From NCBI GenBank assembly GCA_036918135.1, contig JBALDB010000029.1:1-64000 (forward strand): a stretch of DNA of 64,000 bases. The letters are read 5' to 3'. Both the position numbers and the translations under genes were made by a program. This document shows, piece by piece, positions 22,246 to 33,576 of this stretch; the stretch's first letter is position 1; each line of letters starts with the position of its first letter. Source of the stretch: Nostoc sp. (GTDB lineage Bacteria > Cyanobacteriota > Cyanobacteriia > Cyanobacteriales > Nostocaceae). The notes beneath the pieces are model-generated. The model made no database searches. It was not told the DNA's origin and was given only the letters and a program-made list of their open reading frames with translations.

Positions 22246-25200
22246 ATGAATAAAAACCAAGTCATAATTTATGAACTATCAAAACAATTGAATTTGGATA
22301 ATGAAGAGTTACTAGCAATTTGTGACAAACTCAAGATTATAGTCAAAAGCGATAGTAGGGAGATTTCAGAATTTAATGCAGGACGAATCCGTTTAGCTGC
22401 TGAAAAACTTGCATCTAAAAATGCGATGCCCAAAAATAAATTAGGTATAAACAGTCATCAACCAAATTTACCAGAGACTACCTCTCCAAATCGGCTTGCT
22501 CCCCTTGACAAACAACAAACTTTAAAAATTCATCAACCCAAAATTTTAACAAATCGTCCCTCTCAAATGCCAGAACCATCCGTTACTACCTCTTTCCAAG
22601 CAAGTTGCTTAAATATGAAAACAGATTCCGAAAAATGGGGCTATGTCTTCTTAGGTTCTTCGGCAATTAATAGTTTAATCAGTAATTTTGAAAGTCAAGC
22701 AACCCTTGAATCATATCGTGAACCTTGGCTGCGACAAGAGCGTGCTAACGAGTTAATATTTGATTTACTGGGTCAACAGCCTCGCTTAGTATATGTACGT
22801 CGCAAGGGTGCAGGCAGAGATCCTGGAGAAGAAATTTGGGATCTAACCATAGCAACAGATCGAGATGATTTTCAATTACCTGCAAGACTTGAGAAGCTAG
22901 GACAAACACTAGGATTCAGAGCAGTTGTACAACAAGATGGAAGGGGCGGTTTAAAGATACTATCAGCTTTGTTACTAGAACTTTCACAGGGAAACGCTGA
23001 TGGCTATGCTATACCTTATCGTTTACGGCTGCTGCCTAATCATCAATATCACATCAATATTCCGCCAACAGCATTGGCACAGATGGCAGCTATGCCTATA
23101 TGCGGCGACCATCTGCCTACAGAAGATAATTTGCGAATTTGGGAAATATTTTTACAGATTGAGGAAAAAATTGCTAAAGCACGGCAATTTTGTGTGCCTT
23201 TTTTCAGCCACAATGGCTTCAGTTTGGGAAGACTAGTCACTTTTGAGATTGACGTAACATCTGCTACTCTTGACGGTTCTGATGAAAATTCCCTGGCTGT
23301 GGAAGACTTCTGGGAACGGGTAAAACGAGCAAAAAACGAAGAGATTAAGCTGTTTGAGACTACTCCTATAGGACAAAGCTGGCGCAACAGTCGCCAATTA
23401 GGGACTATCGAAGAAATTGACCCGAACCGTTGCACTATCCGCATGAGGCTAGAACGCGATTTAGGCGATTATATGGCAGCAGGACGTTATCAGCTACCAG
23501 CCACCGGATTTTTGTTTTTCGAGGCAGTTGGTGACATCCAACAGATTCGGTATAAAAAAGCAGCCATGACACAATTAAGTCAAGGACGCACCCAAAATCC
23601 CTATTTAGGAAATTTTTTATTCGACGCTTCACAAGCAAGACCTATCCAAAAAACTATCGAATTGCGACCAGAAGATTTGTTGTTATCCTCAGCTAATCCC
23701 AGCCAGAAAGCAGCAGTAGAAATGGTGCTTGCAGCAGAGGATTTAGTTCTCATTCAAGGGCCACCAGGTACTGGCAAAACTACTGTAATTGCAGAGATTT
23801 GCTATCAAGTTGCTCTACGGGGTGGGCGCACTCTAATAACTTCTCAAGCCAATTTAGCAGTAGATAATGCTTTGAGCCGATTAGTTCATAACCCTGTAGT
23901 CCGGGCTTTGCGAAAGGGAAAAGCAGAAAGAGTTGGCGAAGAAGGACAGCCATTTTTAGAAGACTGAGTGATTGGTACATGGTTAGAAAATACTGCTGCT
24001 GACTGCGAAAAAAATCTTGTTCAACACCTTGATGATGTAAAAATTTTGCGTCAATTGCTGGCAGCATCACAACGATTCACAGCATATCTAAAAGTAGAAG
24101 AGGTATTTAAGGAAGAACAGAATTTATTACAGAAACGCAAAGTCAATTTAGAGTCAACTTGTGCAACCCAAAAAAATGAATACAATCAAGCTGCATCTCA
24201 ACTGGCTGAGGTCGAATCTTTAAAAACTGCTTTGGAGAAGTTACTGAATCAAGCACCTTCTGTAGACTGGCAAGACCCAGTATTTGTTAATTTGTGGGCA
24301 GGTCTGAAGAAATACACATCTACAGAAGCTTCCGTGCGAAACTTCGCTGCAAATCTTCACCTAGCAATTGATTTGGCTTCGGAATTTAGTATAATTCGAC
24401 CAAATTACGATTTATTTGGTCTAGCCGCTTGGTTGCAAAATAATATAGCTTCTTCAATTACTAAGGTTCGGACAGCATTAGCTTATGCCAGTGACACAGC
24501 TACAGCTATGACCGAAGCTAAGTCAGCAGCACAGATTTACAACCAAAATTCGGATTCTTTTGTTCGCCTGAAATCAAATCACCAACAATTGCTTACCAGT
24601 CAGCAAAGTTTACAGCAAAAAATTAGGAATCTACAAAACCGTATATCTGAAGATAATTTGATAAGAAGTGAACTTGATAAATGGTTACCTCAAGCTCATC
24701 TAGAAATTGCTAATATATTGGCGCGATGCTTACAAGAACGGCAAAACTTTACAGATGACTTAATCTATTTACCTTCAAGATTATCAAACTTGACGATAGT
24801 AAATCAGGCTCTACCCTGGCAAGAGAGTCTTGAGCAGTGTCAGTTGAAAGCCAATGAATTAATTCAAAAATATCGACAATGGGATAGAGTTTCTACTCAG
24901 GTTCGTGAAATAAAAGATTTGCTCGTGCGGGGACGGAATCTATTAAGTAATCGCTCAATTAATGAAGCTGATGTTACCAAGGTAAATGTAAGTAAAGAGT
25001 TAGACCCTGTGGAATCTCTAATAAAGCTTAAGCGATTAGCACAAAATAGCATCGATGAGATTGAAAAACCACTGGGTATTTGGGGTTGGATTATTGAATG
25101 GGTGCTTGCGATCGCTGTTAAACAGAGAAGTTTGGATTCCATAGCTCAAAAGTTACGTCCATATAGCCGTCGTTATACTGCTGCAATAACGCTTGAAGCT

Positions 25201-27039
25201 ATTAGGAGAGAAGCCCAAGCTATACGTCACAGAGTTCAACCTGTTGACAAGGAATTGGCAATTTCTCAGATTACAGCAGAGGTGGTTGAAAGCATCGTTA
25301 CAAGTGCCCGTACATGGCTAGACCAACTACTGGTTCAGACAGAACAAGAGCAAAAGGGACTTGAAAAACAATTAAATGAACAAATTAAGTTGGTGGCTAA
25401 TGCTGAGAAGCAAATATCTGCTAATCAAGAGCAGGTAGGAACTTTTTGCAGTGAAGCTGACTTCAAATTTAAAAGAGCGATCATACTTTCACAAGAACTT
25501 TCATCCTTTCCACACTTACCCAATGAATTAAGAGTTTTAGTACAACAATACCTCAAGAATTCCTCAAATATTCTGACTGAATCCCCACAATTTACAGCAA
25601 AAATACAGAATTGGGAAAATCGGCTCAAACAACTTGATAGTTTGATTTCATTAATTAATCCTTCTGCTACACTTTCAACTATCAAAGACCTGCTAGTAGT
25701 TGGCACTTTTGACTTGCAGAAAACAACTGAAACTTACAAAGGCAAATTTATAGAAACTCAAAGCCAAATACAGGAAATTGTTAAGTATTCACAGCAACAA
25801 TTAGAGTATATCTCAACAGAGCGAACTTGGTGGCAGTCAATTTGGGAAGCTATTCCTGGTAAATTCAAGCCTGAAGTTGATTCTACAGAGTTGTTAAATC
25901 TAGAATTTTTATGCACTATCAATAATCACTTTGAATCTTGGCAACAGCAACTACAACAACAAGAAAATTATCTCAATCGATATCAGTACTTTATCCAAGA
26001 TTGGATAAATAAATTAAGAAAGCCAACGGAAAGCAGTCGAAACGATTTAAGGCGTATATATTTAGATAATGCCAACGTCGTCGGTATCACCTGCGTTCAA
26101 GCTGCAAATAGAGGTTTTTCTGAAGAATTTAAATCTTTTGATGTCGTTATCATCGATGAAGTTAGTAAATGTACTCCTCCAGAATTATTAATCCCAGCCT
26201 TGAAAGGCAAAAAATTGGTCATGGTAGGTGACCATCGACAATTACCACCCATGCTCGACACGAAGACTTTAGAGGAAGTTTCTCAAGAGATTGGCAACAC
26301 AAATACAGAACTAAAATTATTGCAAGAGTCACTGTTTAAAATTCAGTTTGAAACTGCTGATAATAGCATCAAAAAAATGTTAAATATTCAATATCGAATG
26401 CATTCCATAATTATGGGAGCAATCAATCAGTTTTATGATGGCAAACTAGAATGTGGTATTTTAAAACCTGATATTAAACGGGCACATAATTTAGCAGGCG
26501 AAATAATCCAACCAGATAAGCATCTTATTTGGGTAAAAACGCCTCAAGTAGATGAGTCTAAAGAGGATTCTGAAGGAACTTCTTACTTTAATACCCAAGA
26601 AATTAATGCAATTGAACGTCTGTGTAAGCAGTTCGAGACTACTTGGGCTTCTAGAGTTGCCAATGGCGAACCAAAAAAAGAAATTGCCGTGATTACATTT
26701 TATGGCGCTCAACTTAGAAAAATTGATGAACGGCTACAATCTAAAGATTTCCCCTCGCTGCAAATCACCACTGGTACAGTAGACCGATTTCAAGGTATGG
26801 AACGACCTGTTGTGATTATTAGTATGGTTCGCAATAATAGTAAAAAAGATGTGGGATTTGCTAAGAAGCCAGAACGGGTGAACGTTGCATTTTCCCGCGC
26901 TCAAGAACTACTAGTAATTGTGGGTTGTCATTCGCTATTTACTCAGCAGCCTGGACAAATTGGGAGTATGTACTCCAATGTTTCAAACATTGTGCGTTTA
27001 CATGGAGGTTTAATTGATGTTTCTCGACTCTTCTGCTAA
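22246..27039 (+). pseudogene. IF2-N-domain / Upf1-like SF1 helicase (paralogue B) interrupted by one in-frame TGA at 23965-23967
   Basis: ORFs 22198-23967 and 23968-27039 are in the same frame and together align end-to-end with paralogue A (QPFLED*VIGTWL vs [13 protein letters not shown]). Likely start ATG 22246. Pseudogene status is uncertain. Confidence 0.8.
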
Positions 27040-28783
27040 ACCTATTGATGATAATCTCAAAAAGTTGGTAGAAGAAATTGAAGCGCAAAGTTCTAGTTTA
27101 TCAGTTTTAGCAGCGCGTCAATTTCGCTATAGCTTGAGTCAAACTCCAGTAGAAGTAAACATCAAAGAACCCCGCCCATTTAACGTACTCGAAGAATTTA
27201 TCATCCGTGCTGCGATTGAATTTCAACCTCCGCCAACAGAAGAGGAATTGGCCTCTGTACTTGGGCTTGATTCTGTATTTATCCGCAGTACTACTGCAAC
27301 TCTTCGCTCATTACAAACTCTATCAGCAACATCGTCATTAACAGTTACTCCTGAAGGTCGCTCATTTTATGAAAAAGGGTCTGTACCACAGCCTCCATAT
27401 TCTGTACAACTTAATGCTATTACAGACCCTTTAAGTAACAATATAACTTTTCAATCTGAATCTTTGAACGAGACAATAATAAATCTGCCTGATTTAGCAG
27501 ATTTTATAAATATTAATTATATAGTTGCTGATATTTCAGTATTAGGACTTGAAGAAGTACAAGAAAATATTCAGGCTTCAGGTTTAGCACTTCATGTACC
27601 AGAAGAAGGAAAAATAGTTACTTCTTTTAAAGTAGTAGCCTCAACTCAAAAAATTTGGCAGAAAATATCAATCTTTATTATTTTTGATGCTATTGAAGAT
27701 AAGTTGACTATTCAAATCAGAAATGGCAAGCAAATTTTAGAATCAGCCTCAAATTGGTTGGAAATATTACATAATGAGGGTAAAATATCCTTAGAAAAAT
27801 TATGTAAATTATCAACTGAAGCCATCAATTTGGAACGTGAAGCGATTCTTAAGCAGAAAAATACTGAAGTAGAAGCTAGACTGGAAAAGATTCGCCAAAA
27901 AGCTTTAGAAACTGCCATAGCCATAAAGACCAGTGAGAAAATTGATACTTCTAAAGTATTAGGTGAAGCTATACAGTTACGCAATGGGCAAATTGCTCAA
28001 GCTTTTATAGAAGTTTTAAATTCAGCTAAAAATCAGGTTATAATCTATTCTCCTTGGGTGAACCAAGCAGTTGTAAATGAAAAATTTTTGGTTTTATTAC
28101 AGAAATTAGCAGCTCGCGGAGTTTGGATTTTGATTGGACATGGTATTTCGCGGCGACAAGAAGATGAAGATAAACCAATACCACCAGAAGTAGAAGAAAA
28201 ACTTCGAGCAATAAAAACACCTGATGGATTGCCATGTGTACAAGTTTTTTGGTTGGGAGATTCCCATGTCAAAGAAGTAATAGTCGATCAAAAAATCCAT
28301 CTTTGCGGCTCTCATAACTGGCTATCTTATCGTGGTGACTATTTGCCAAGAGGTGAATCAGTTTATAAAGTTACAATTCCCCATCAAGTCGAAGAAGCAT
28401 ATAAATTTCTTGCTAATCGCTTTCAAAATCACGCTGAAAAATTATGGCAAAATGCTCTAGAACAACACGATTATAAACTGGCTGTAGAGTCTCTTTGTGT
28501 ATGGGGTGCATTAGGAATGGAAGATATTGCACTCCAAGTGATAGAGCAAAGTAATTGGCTAGAACTTATATCTGTCTGGTTAGATGTCACGCTTCAAGGG
28601 TTAAGGTCGAAAAGTTTACCAGCTGATTCAACAATTTTTCAAACAGCACTTTCCTTATTGAATCAGATTTCTCTTGAAGAAACTTTTACCTTGTCATTGC
28701 AGCAGAAATGGCGTCAAGTTCTCAGCGCGATCGCCATTAACAATCCTCAAACTGCTTTAAACTTACTTAGTGATGAAATATGA
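27017..28783 (+). CDS. phospholipase D-family nuclease with N-terminal winged-helix-like region
   Basis: IIYSPWVN and a single HKD motif SHVKEVIVDQKIHLCGSHNWLS. N-term EEELASVLGLDSVFIRSTTATL is HTH-like. Start overlaps the 3' end of helicase B. Confidence 0.82.
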   Translation: MFLDSSAKPIDDNLKKLVEEIEAQSSSLSVLAARQFRYSLSQTPVEVNIKEPRPFNVLEEFIIRAAIEFQPPPTEEELASVLGLDSVFIRSTTATLRSLQTLSATSSLTVTPEGRSFYEKGSVPQPPYSVQLNAITDPLSNNITFQSESLNETIINLPDLADFININYIVADISVLGLEEVQENIQASGLALHVPEEGKIVTSFKVVASTQKIWQKISIFIIFDAIEDKLTIQIRNGKQILESASNWLEILHNEGKISLEKLCKLSTEAINLEREAILKQKNTEVEARLEKIRQKALETAIAIKTSEKIDTSKVLGEAIQLRNGQIAQAFIEVLNSAKNQVIIYSPWVNQAVVNEKFLVLLQKLAARGVWILIGHGISRRQEDEDKPIPPEVEEKLRAIKTPDGLPCVQVFWLGDSHVKEVIVDQKIHLCGSHNWLSYRGDYLPRGESVYKVTIPHQVEEAYKFLANRFQNHAEKLWQNALEQHDYKLAVESLCVWGALGMEDIALQVIEQSNWLELISVWLDVTLQGLRSKSLPADSTIFQTALSLLNQISLEETFTLSLQQKWRQVLSAIAINNPQTALNLLSDEI

Positions 28784-28984
28784 ACATAGTCAATATTGCA
28801 CAAGATAATGATTCATCTAAGAATTTTATTTTGCAATATACATAACTCGATACAAATACACAGTTAGAGGCCTACAGATGTACGCCCTTACAACTAATTC
28901 ATTATTTTACAAAGATTTTTGAGAATCTCACCTTCGGTGATTCAGAACTCACGAATTGCTTCAAGAGTTTGTATTTAACTAAAA

Positions 28985-29057
28985 CGAGCGCGGCAGGACT
29001 CGAACCTGCGACCGATTGCTTAGAAGGCAATTGCTCTATCCACTGAGCTACGCGCCC
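28985..29057 (-). tRNA. trnR: tRNA-Arg (anticodon TCT)
   Basis: Reverse complement GGGCGCGTAGCTCAGTGGATAGAGCAATTGCCTTCTAAGCAATCGGTCGCAGGTTCGAGTCCTGCCGCGCTCG. Confidence 0.97.
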
Positions 29058-29417
29058 AAAACAATATAGTGGCTCCCAAAAGGAGTCATCTAAATTATTA
29101 TATCGTTTTGTACGACTAAGAAGCAATGGAAAATTGCAGATTTATCACTAGCAAGGCTAAGATCCAAGTCGCTAGTTATCAATCTACTCTAAAAACGAAA
29201 CAGATGGCGTATTGGTTAGATATATTGTGTTCTCAAGGGGTTGTTTACCCTCAGCCGAGTCCTTTTAGGCAGCTTAGTCTGATGAAGTATGTCGCGATCG
29301 CTCGGCTTCTACCCATTTTTACAGCACGCTAGGTAATTTCAGCCTTGGCGATGCTGCCAAATGCCATTATATATTCCATATTAAAAATGCCCCTGTGAGG
29401 AGTTATTTGCGAGTGCC

Positions 29418-30080
29418 ATGTTTATTCTCAAACGGCAGGATGTTGAAATATCAAGCATTCAGCACCCAAAACGGGATCAGCAGGTGCCGATCCTAGATTA
29501 TCAAGGGCAAACTTTTCGTTTGATTAGTGTCTTCAAAGCTAGTCAAGAAGAAGAAGCTAGAGCCTTATGGAGAGAATTAACGGATAACCGAGGTAAAGCC
29601 TGTGTCTTGTTGGAAGAACCAGAACGTTTCACTGTTTGGGGTAAAATCCGTTTAGAACAGTTGGGTAATGACACAGGTGGTAGTCATGGCAAGACGGGGA
29701 TTTTGATCCAAGCGAGTATTTTACTGCTGCAAGGTGTTTATATCGACATTGAAGAGTTTTTGGGTACAAGGCAAGCTGCATTATTTGAGAAAGATGTTGC
29801 GGAGGTATTCCAGCAAAAGCAATTTCCCCCAGCATCCCCTCCAGATACAGTTAAATCTTTGATATTTACTAACCCTTTGCTTGCAGCCAAACTGCCTCCT
29901 TGGCAAGAAAATCACGTAGTTATCCTTTTGCAAGAATTGCATCGATTAGGAAAGGCGCATTTTGGCAATGCCAACTTTACCAAACAAGTAATTTATAAGT
30001 TAGAAGATATGCCACAAGCCGAGCGATCGCTGTTTATCAGTTGGCTAAATCAATCAGCAGTGGGTAAACTATGGCAGTAG
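29418..30080 (+). CDS. conserved cyanobacterial protein (Npun_F0813-like)
   Basis: MFILKRQDVEI...YQGQTFRLISVF...WRELTDNRGKACVLLEEP. Confidence 0.75.
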   Translation: MFILKRQDVEISSIQHPKRDQQVPILDYQGQTFRLISVFKASQEEEARALWRELTDNRGKACVLLEEPERFTVWGKIRLEQLGNDTGGSHGKTGILIQASILLLQGVYIDIEEFLGTRQAALFEKDVAEVFQQKQFPPASPPDTVKSLIFTNPLLAAKLPPWQENHVVILLQELHRLGKAHFGNANFTKQVIYKLEDMPQAERSLFISWLNQSAVGKLWQ

Positions 30081-30217
30081 TCTGGATTTTTCAAAAACTT
30101 CTTACTTTTGGTACTTGCTTTTGGTGTTTGATTGTGTGTTATTTGCTAGATAAACTGCTAACTATACAATCTTTTAACTCAAAATACTGCCAGAGTGCAT
30201 CTACATAGTCAAGCCTT

Positions 30218-31069
30218 ATGAATAACTCTTACAACAATTCCTTGGTTTTTAAATCTATTTTCACCACTCAGAACATTGTTTTGGCTAATATTGGTTGGGG
30301 CGTACTGGCACTGTTATACTTTTTATTGTTTAGTGCCAAAATTCCCGCAGCAAATGGCATAGAAAGTCGAGCCGAGTGGTATGTGATTGGCACAAATATT
30401 TTTGAGGCCATAGCTTATTTGAGTGCTGGTATCTTATGCTTGAGGAACTGGCTGAGTCCGCAAATCGTTAGTGGTCGGAATGTTTGGCTCTCAATTGGCT
30501 TAGGTATGCTTTCCTATTTCCTGGGAGGGATAATTTTTGGGTATACCGAAATCGTTTTAAAAGAAGAACCGGATGTGTCTTTAGGCGATATATTTTTTGT
30601 ATTGACTTATCTATTCCTTGGCACAGGCATGATTTTAGCTGTGGCTTCCAGGCGAATCAATCTAGAAAAATGGCAGTGGCTAATTGTGTTAGCAATTGCT
30701 CTATTCGGTAGTTTGTTGGCATGGTGGATTTCTATGCAACAGGAAACGCCCTCAGAACTGTTAGTAGCTATTTTGAATTGGTTTTACGTAGTTAGCGACG
30801 TAGTTCTGTTAATTATTGCTACCACTCTGCTGTTAGCCTTCTGGGGAGGAAGAGTTTCCCAATCTTGGAGAATGATTGCCGCAGCGGCCTTTTCGCTCTA
30901 CATTGCAGATATGTGGTTTAAATACGCCCAAGGTCCAAATTATCAAAGTGGGGAAATACTAGAAGTGTTTTGGGTATTTAGTGGAATGTTATTCGGTATG
31001 GGCGCTGCCCTAGAATATGACGCTTCACTGAGACGAACGCGGCGTACCAGTACACGAAAACGAGCTTAG
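30218..31069 (+). CDS. multi-pass membrane protein, hypothetical
   Basis: About 8 hydrophobic segments; 283-aa ORF. Confidence 0.8.
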   Translation: MNNSYNNSLVFKSIFTTQNIVLANIGWGVLALLYFLLFSAKIPAANGIESRAEWYVIGTNIFEAIAYLSAGILCLRNWLSPQIVSGRNVWLSIGLGMLSYFLGGIIFGYTEIVLKEEPDVSLGDIFFVLTYLFLGTGMILAVASRRINLEKWQWLIVLAIALFGSLLAWWISMQQETPSELLVAILNWFYVVSDVVLLIIATTLLLAFWGGRVSQSWRMIAAAAFSLYIADMWFKYAQGPNYQSGEILEVFWVFSGMLFGMGAALEYDASLRRTRRTSTRKRA

Positions 31070-31090
31070 CAAAGATTTTTGGTATCTACC

Positions 31091-32089
31091 GTGAGAAAAT
31101 TAACAGATTCTGACAAACAAGAAATTCTCAAACTATATCGAGAAAGTGCCGAAACTACCTCAACTTTGGCAGACCGCTATGGTGTGAGTAACTCAACAAT
31201 TAGTCGTTTACTCAAAAGCACTTTACCAGAAGATGAGTATGAATACTTAGTGTCTTTAAAGCGGGCTGCAAGAACTCCTGAGGGTAGGGCACAAGTAAGC
31301 TATGAGCAGTTACCACTGCTGAGTCAACCACAGCCAGAAATCGAAGTTCCACCAAGCGATAGCCAACCCAAAGTCGTAGAGGTTGAGCCACAGGTGTATC
31401 GTGTAGTTGAGGAAGAGGAACAACCTTACTCAGAAGACACTGGCGAGTCAACTGCTGCTAGCAGATGGGTGCGGCGACGTTCCTCAGCCACAGAAAAACC
31501 GAAACTACGAGTTACAGACAAATCAGAAACTCCAGAACCAAAGCCGGTGGAAATAGCGAGTATCCCTAGTCCCATACTTAAGGATGAACGTCCAGAAGCG
31601 ACTGTTATATCACAGATGCTAGGAGAAGACTTGCTAGACGAATCAGAGGATTTGGACGACTTAGAAGATGACGATTTAGAAGATGACGATTTTGAAGAGG
31701 AAGATGACGATTTAGAAGATGACTTTGATGAGCCAAGACCTTTAGTCACAAGACGCAGACCAGGTGAAACATCAGTTCAAGTTTTACCACTATCAGTAGC
31801 CCATTTGCCGAAAACTTGCTATTTAGTAATTGACCGTTCCTCAGAATTAATTACGCGACCTCTGAAGGACTTTGGTGACTTAGGACAAATTCCCAATCTG
31901 GAAACCCAGCAAAGAACTCTACCGGTGTTTGATAATCATCGCGTAGCCAAGCGCTTCTCAACCAAACGCGATCGCGTAATTAAAGTCCCTGATAGTAAAA
32001 TGCTCCATAAAGCTCGTACTCATCTCCAAGCCAAGGGAATCACACGACTGTTAATTGATGGTCAAGTCTACTCTTTATCTACCGTTTAA
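31091..32089 (+). CDS. conserved cyanobacterial protein with N-terminal HTH and acidic tract
   Basis: MRKLTDSDKQEILKLYR...LADRYGVSNSTISRLLK HTH and an EDDDL repeat tract. Start is GTG 31091 or TTG 31079. Confidence 0.8.
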   Translation: MRKLTDSDKQEILKLYRESAETTSTLADRYGVSNSTISRLLKSTLPEDEYEYLVSLKRAARTPEGRAQVSYEQLPLLSQPQPEIEVPPSDSQPKVVEVEPQVYRVVEEEEQPYSEDTGESTAASRWVRRRSSATEKPKLRVTDKSETPEPKPVEIASIPSPILKDERPEATVISQMLGEDLLDESEDLDDLEDDDLEDDDFEEEDDDLEDDFDEPRPLVTRRRPGETSVQVLPLSVAHLPKTCYLVIDRSSELITRPLKDFGDLGQIPNLETQQRTLPVFDNHRVAKRFSTKRDRVIKVPDSKMLHKARTHLQAKGITRLLIDGQVYSLSTV

Positions 32090-32090
32090 T

Positions 32091-32229
32091 AGGCATGGGG
32101 CAAACAGGGAGTGTGGGAGGTGTGGGAGGTGTGGGGAGTGTGGGAGGTGTGGGAAGAAATCTTGCCCCCTCTCTCCCCACACTCCCCCATCCCCCCTCTC
32201 TCCCCACACTTCCCTATCTCCCCATCTCC
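32091..32229 (+). repeat. mirror-hairpin dispersed repeat, copy 2 (between convergent genes)
   Basis: GGCATGGGGCAAACAGGGAGTGTGGGAGGTGTGGG...GGAAGAAATCTTGCCCCCTCTCTCCCCACACT... Confidence 0.85.
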
Positions 32230-32238
32230 TTAATCTTT

Positions 32239-33186
32239 TCAACTATAAACAGCCCTAGCAAAACGCTCTGCCAAGTAAACAATGTCCTGTTTGCGGGCAA
32301 TTTGATTTATCCATTGTCTGGGAATATTTTCCACGCCATAGTAAATTCCTGCTAACCCACCGGTGACGGCGGCGGTAGTATCTGTATCTCCGCCTAAGTT
32401 AATGGCTTTTAGTACCGCTTCAGAGTAAGAGGAGCTATTTAACAAACACCACAGGGATGACTCTAAGGTATCAATCACGTAACCACCAGAATTAATCTCT
32501 TCTACTGGTAATTTGGCAATCTCGCCACTGAAAACTCTACCAAAATGGGGCTTTTCTAATAAAAATTCCCGCACAGAATAAATTGTTTGGGTTTGGATAT
32601 CTCGTAATCCTTGGAGATAGGCGGTTTGGGGGTCAGCACCTTCGAGCAAGGACACTGCAATACTAATATAAATGCTACAGGCCATTTGCGATCGCGCATG
32701 AGCATGAGTAATCGCCGAAACATCATGCACCCGCGCTAGCAATTCGCCTAAAGTTAAACTTCTGTGACAATAAGCCATCGGCAAGATTCGCATCAACGAA
32801 CCATTGCCATTACTATTTTCAACTTTGCCGCCCGCCTGATGGGGTACAACTCCCTGTTTCAGGCGCATCAATGCTGTATGAGTGGTTTGACCAATATCAA
32901 AGACATCACCACGGGGAGTCCAATAAGCTTCCTTGTACCAGCGCCAGAAGGAATTAGCTATGGCCTCCAGCGAATACCCTCTACAAAGACTTTCTGCTAA
33001 GCAAAAGCTCAACGAACTGTCATCTGACCAAGTTCCTGGCGGTTGATTCCATGTGCCATAACCTAACATTGCTGTCACCGGAGATTTTACTCGTTCTGCG
33101 CGGCTAGTAAACTCCACTGGCACACCCAATGCATCACCGACACATAAACCCATCAAACCAGACAACGTTTTTGTAGCGGTTAGCAT
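32239..33186 (-). CDS. ADP-ribosylglycohydrolase (DraG/ARH family)
   Basis: GDALGVPVEF, WSDD, GNGSLMR, GGDTDTTAA. Confidence 0.93.
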   Translation of the reverse strand: MLTATKTLSGLMGLCVGDALGVPVEFTSRAERVKSPVTAMLGYGTWNQPPGTWSDDSSLSFCLAESLCRGYSLEAIANSFWRWYKEAYWTPRGDVFDIGQTTHTALMRLKQGVVPHQAGGKVENSNGNGSLMRILPMAYCHRSLTLGELLARVHDVSAITHAHARSQMACSIYISIAVSLLEGADPQTAYLQGLRDIQTQTIYSVREFLLEKPHFGRVFSGEIAKLPVEEINSGGYVIDTLESSLWCLLNSSSYSEAVLKAINLGGDTDTTAAVTGGLAGIYYGVENIPRQWINQIARKQDIVYLAERFARAVYS

Positions 33187-33576
33187 TATTCAATCTCCAA
33201 GAATTGCTAAAAATTAACTTTATAGATTTACTCTATAGCTTGTTGCCACAAATGCTACAAGCTACTTTTTATCCTATGTAAAATGCTCAGTTAGAGTTAG
33301 TTTACTGTGTATTGTTCGACTAAATTTAGACTAATTTTTAGTTCCCCTAGCTATGCCACTTTCAAAAGCGTCTCTTTTTTAGCTAAAAAACTATGAATTT
33401 TAAAAATGTAAGTGTGATTATAACATTTGTTTTAAAAAAGTTTGAGTTCATAGTTCTGAGATCTACTGCATCAATCACAACAGCTACTTAAGAAAATTCC
33501 AGAATTCACTGGAACATTTTTACAGAGTTATCGACTGGAAATATAACAGTAAAAACTACAAAACTTGGTTAAAATT

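Noticed and set aside
23965..23967. TGA as selenocysteine
   Set aside because: The paralogue has Gln, not Cys, at this position, and I see no convincing SECIS-like hairpin directly downstream.
28902..29332. ORFs overlapping tRNA-Arg and its promoter (likewise 63163-63393 over tRNA-Ser)
   Set aside because: Shadow ORFs over RNA genes with no protein-like features.
31091..32089. HTH-bearing ORF as a transposase
   Set aside because: No DDE or HUH motifs and no terminal repeats; it lies in an operon-like run of conserved genes.
32239..33186. ADP-ribosylglycohydrolase (and mazG) as defence components
   Set aside because: Both are common standalone cyanobacterial genes, and no partner toxin or transferase is adjacent.
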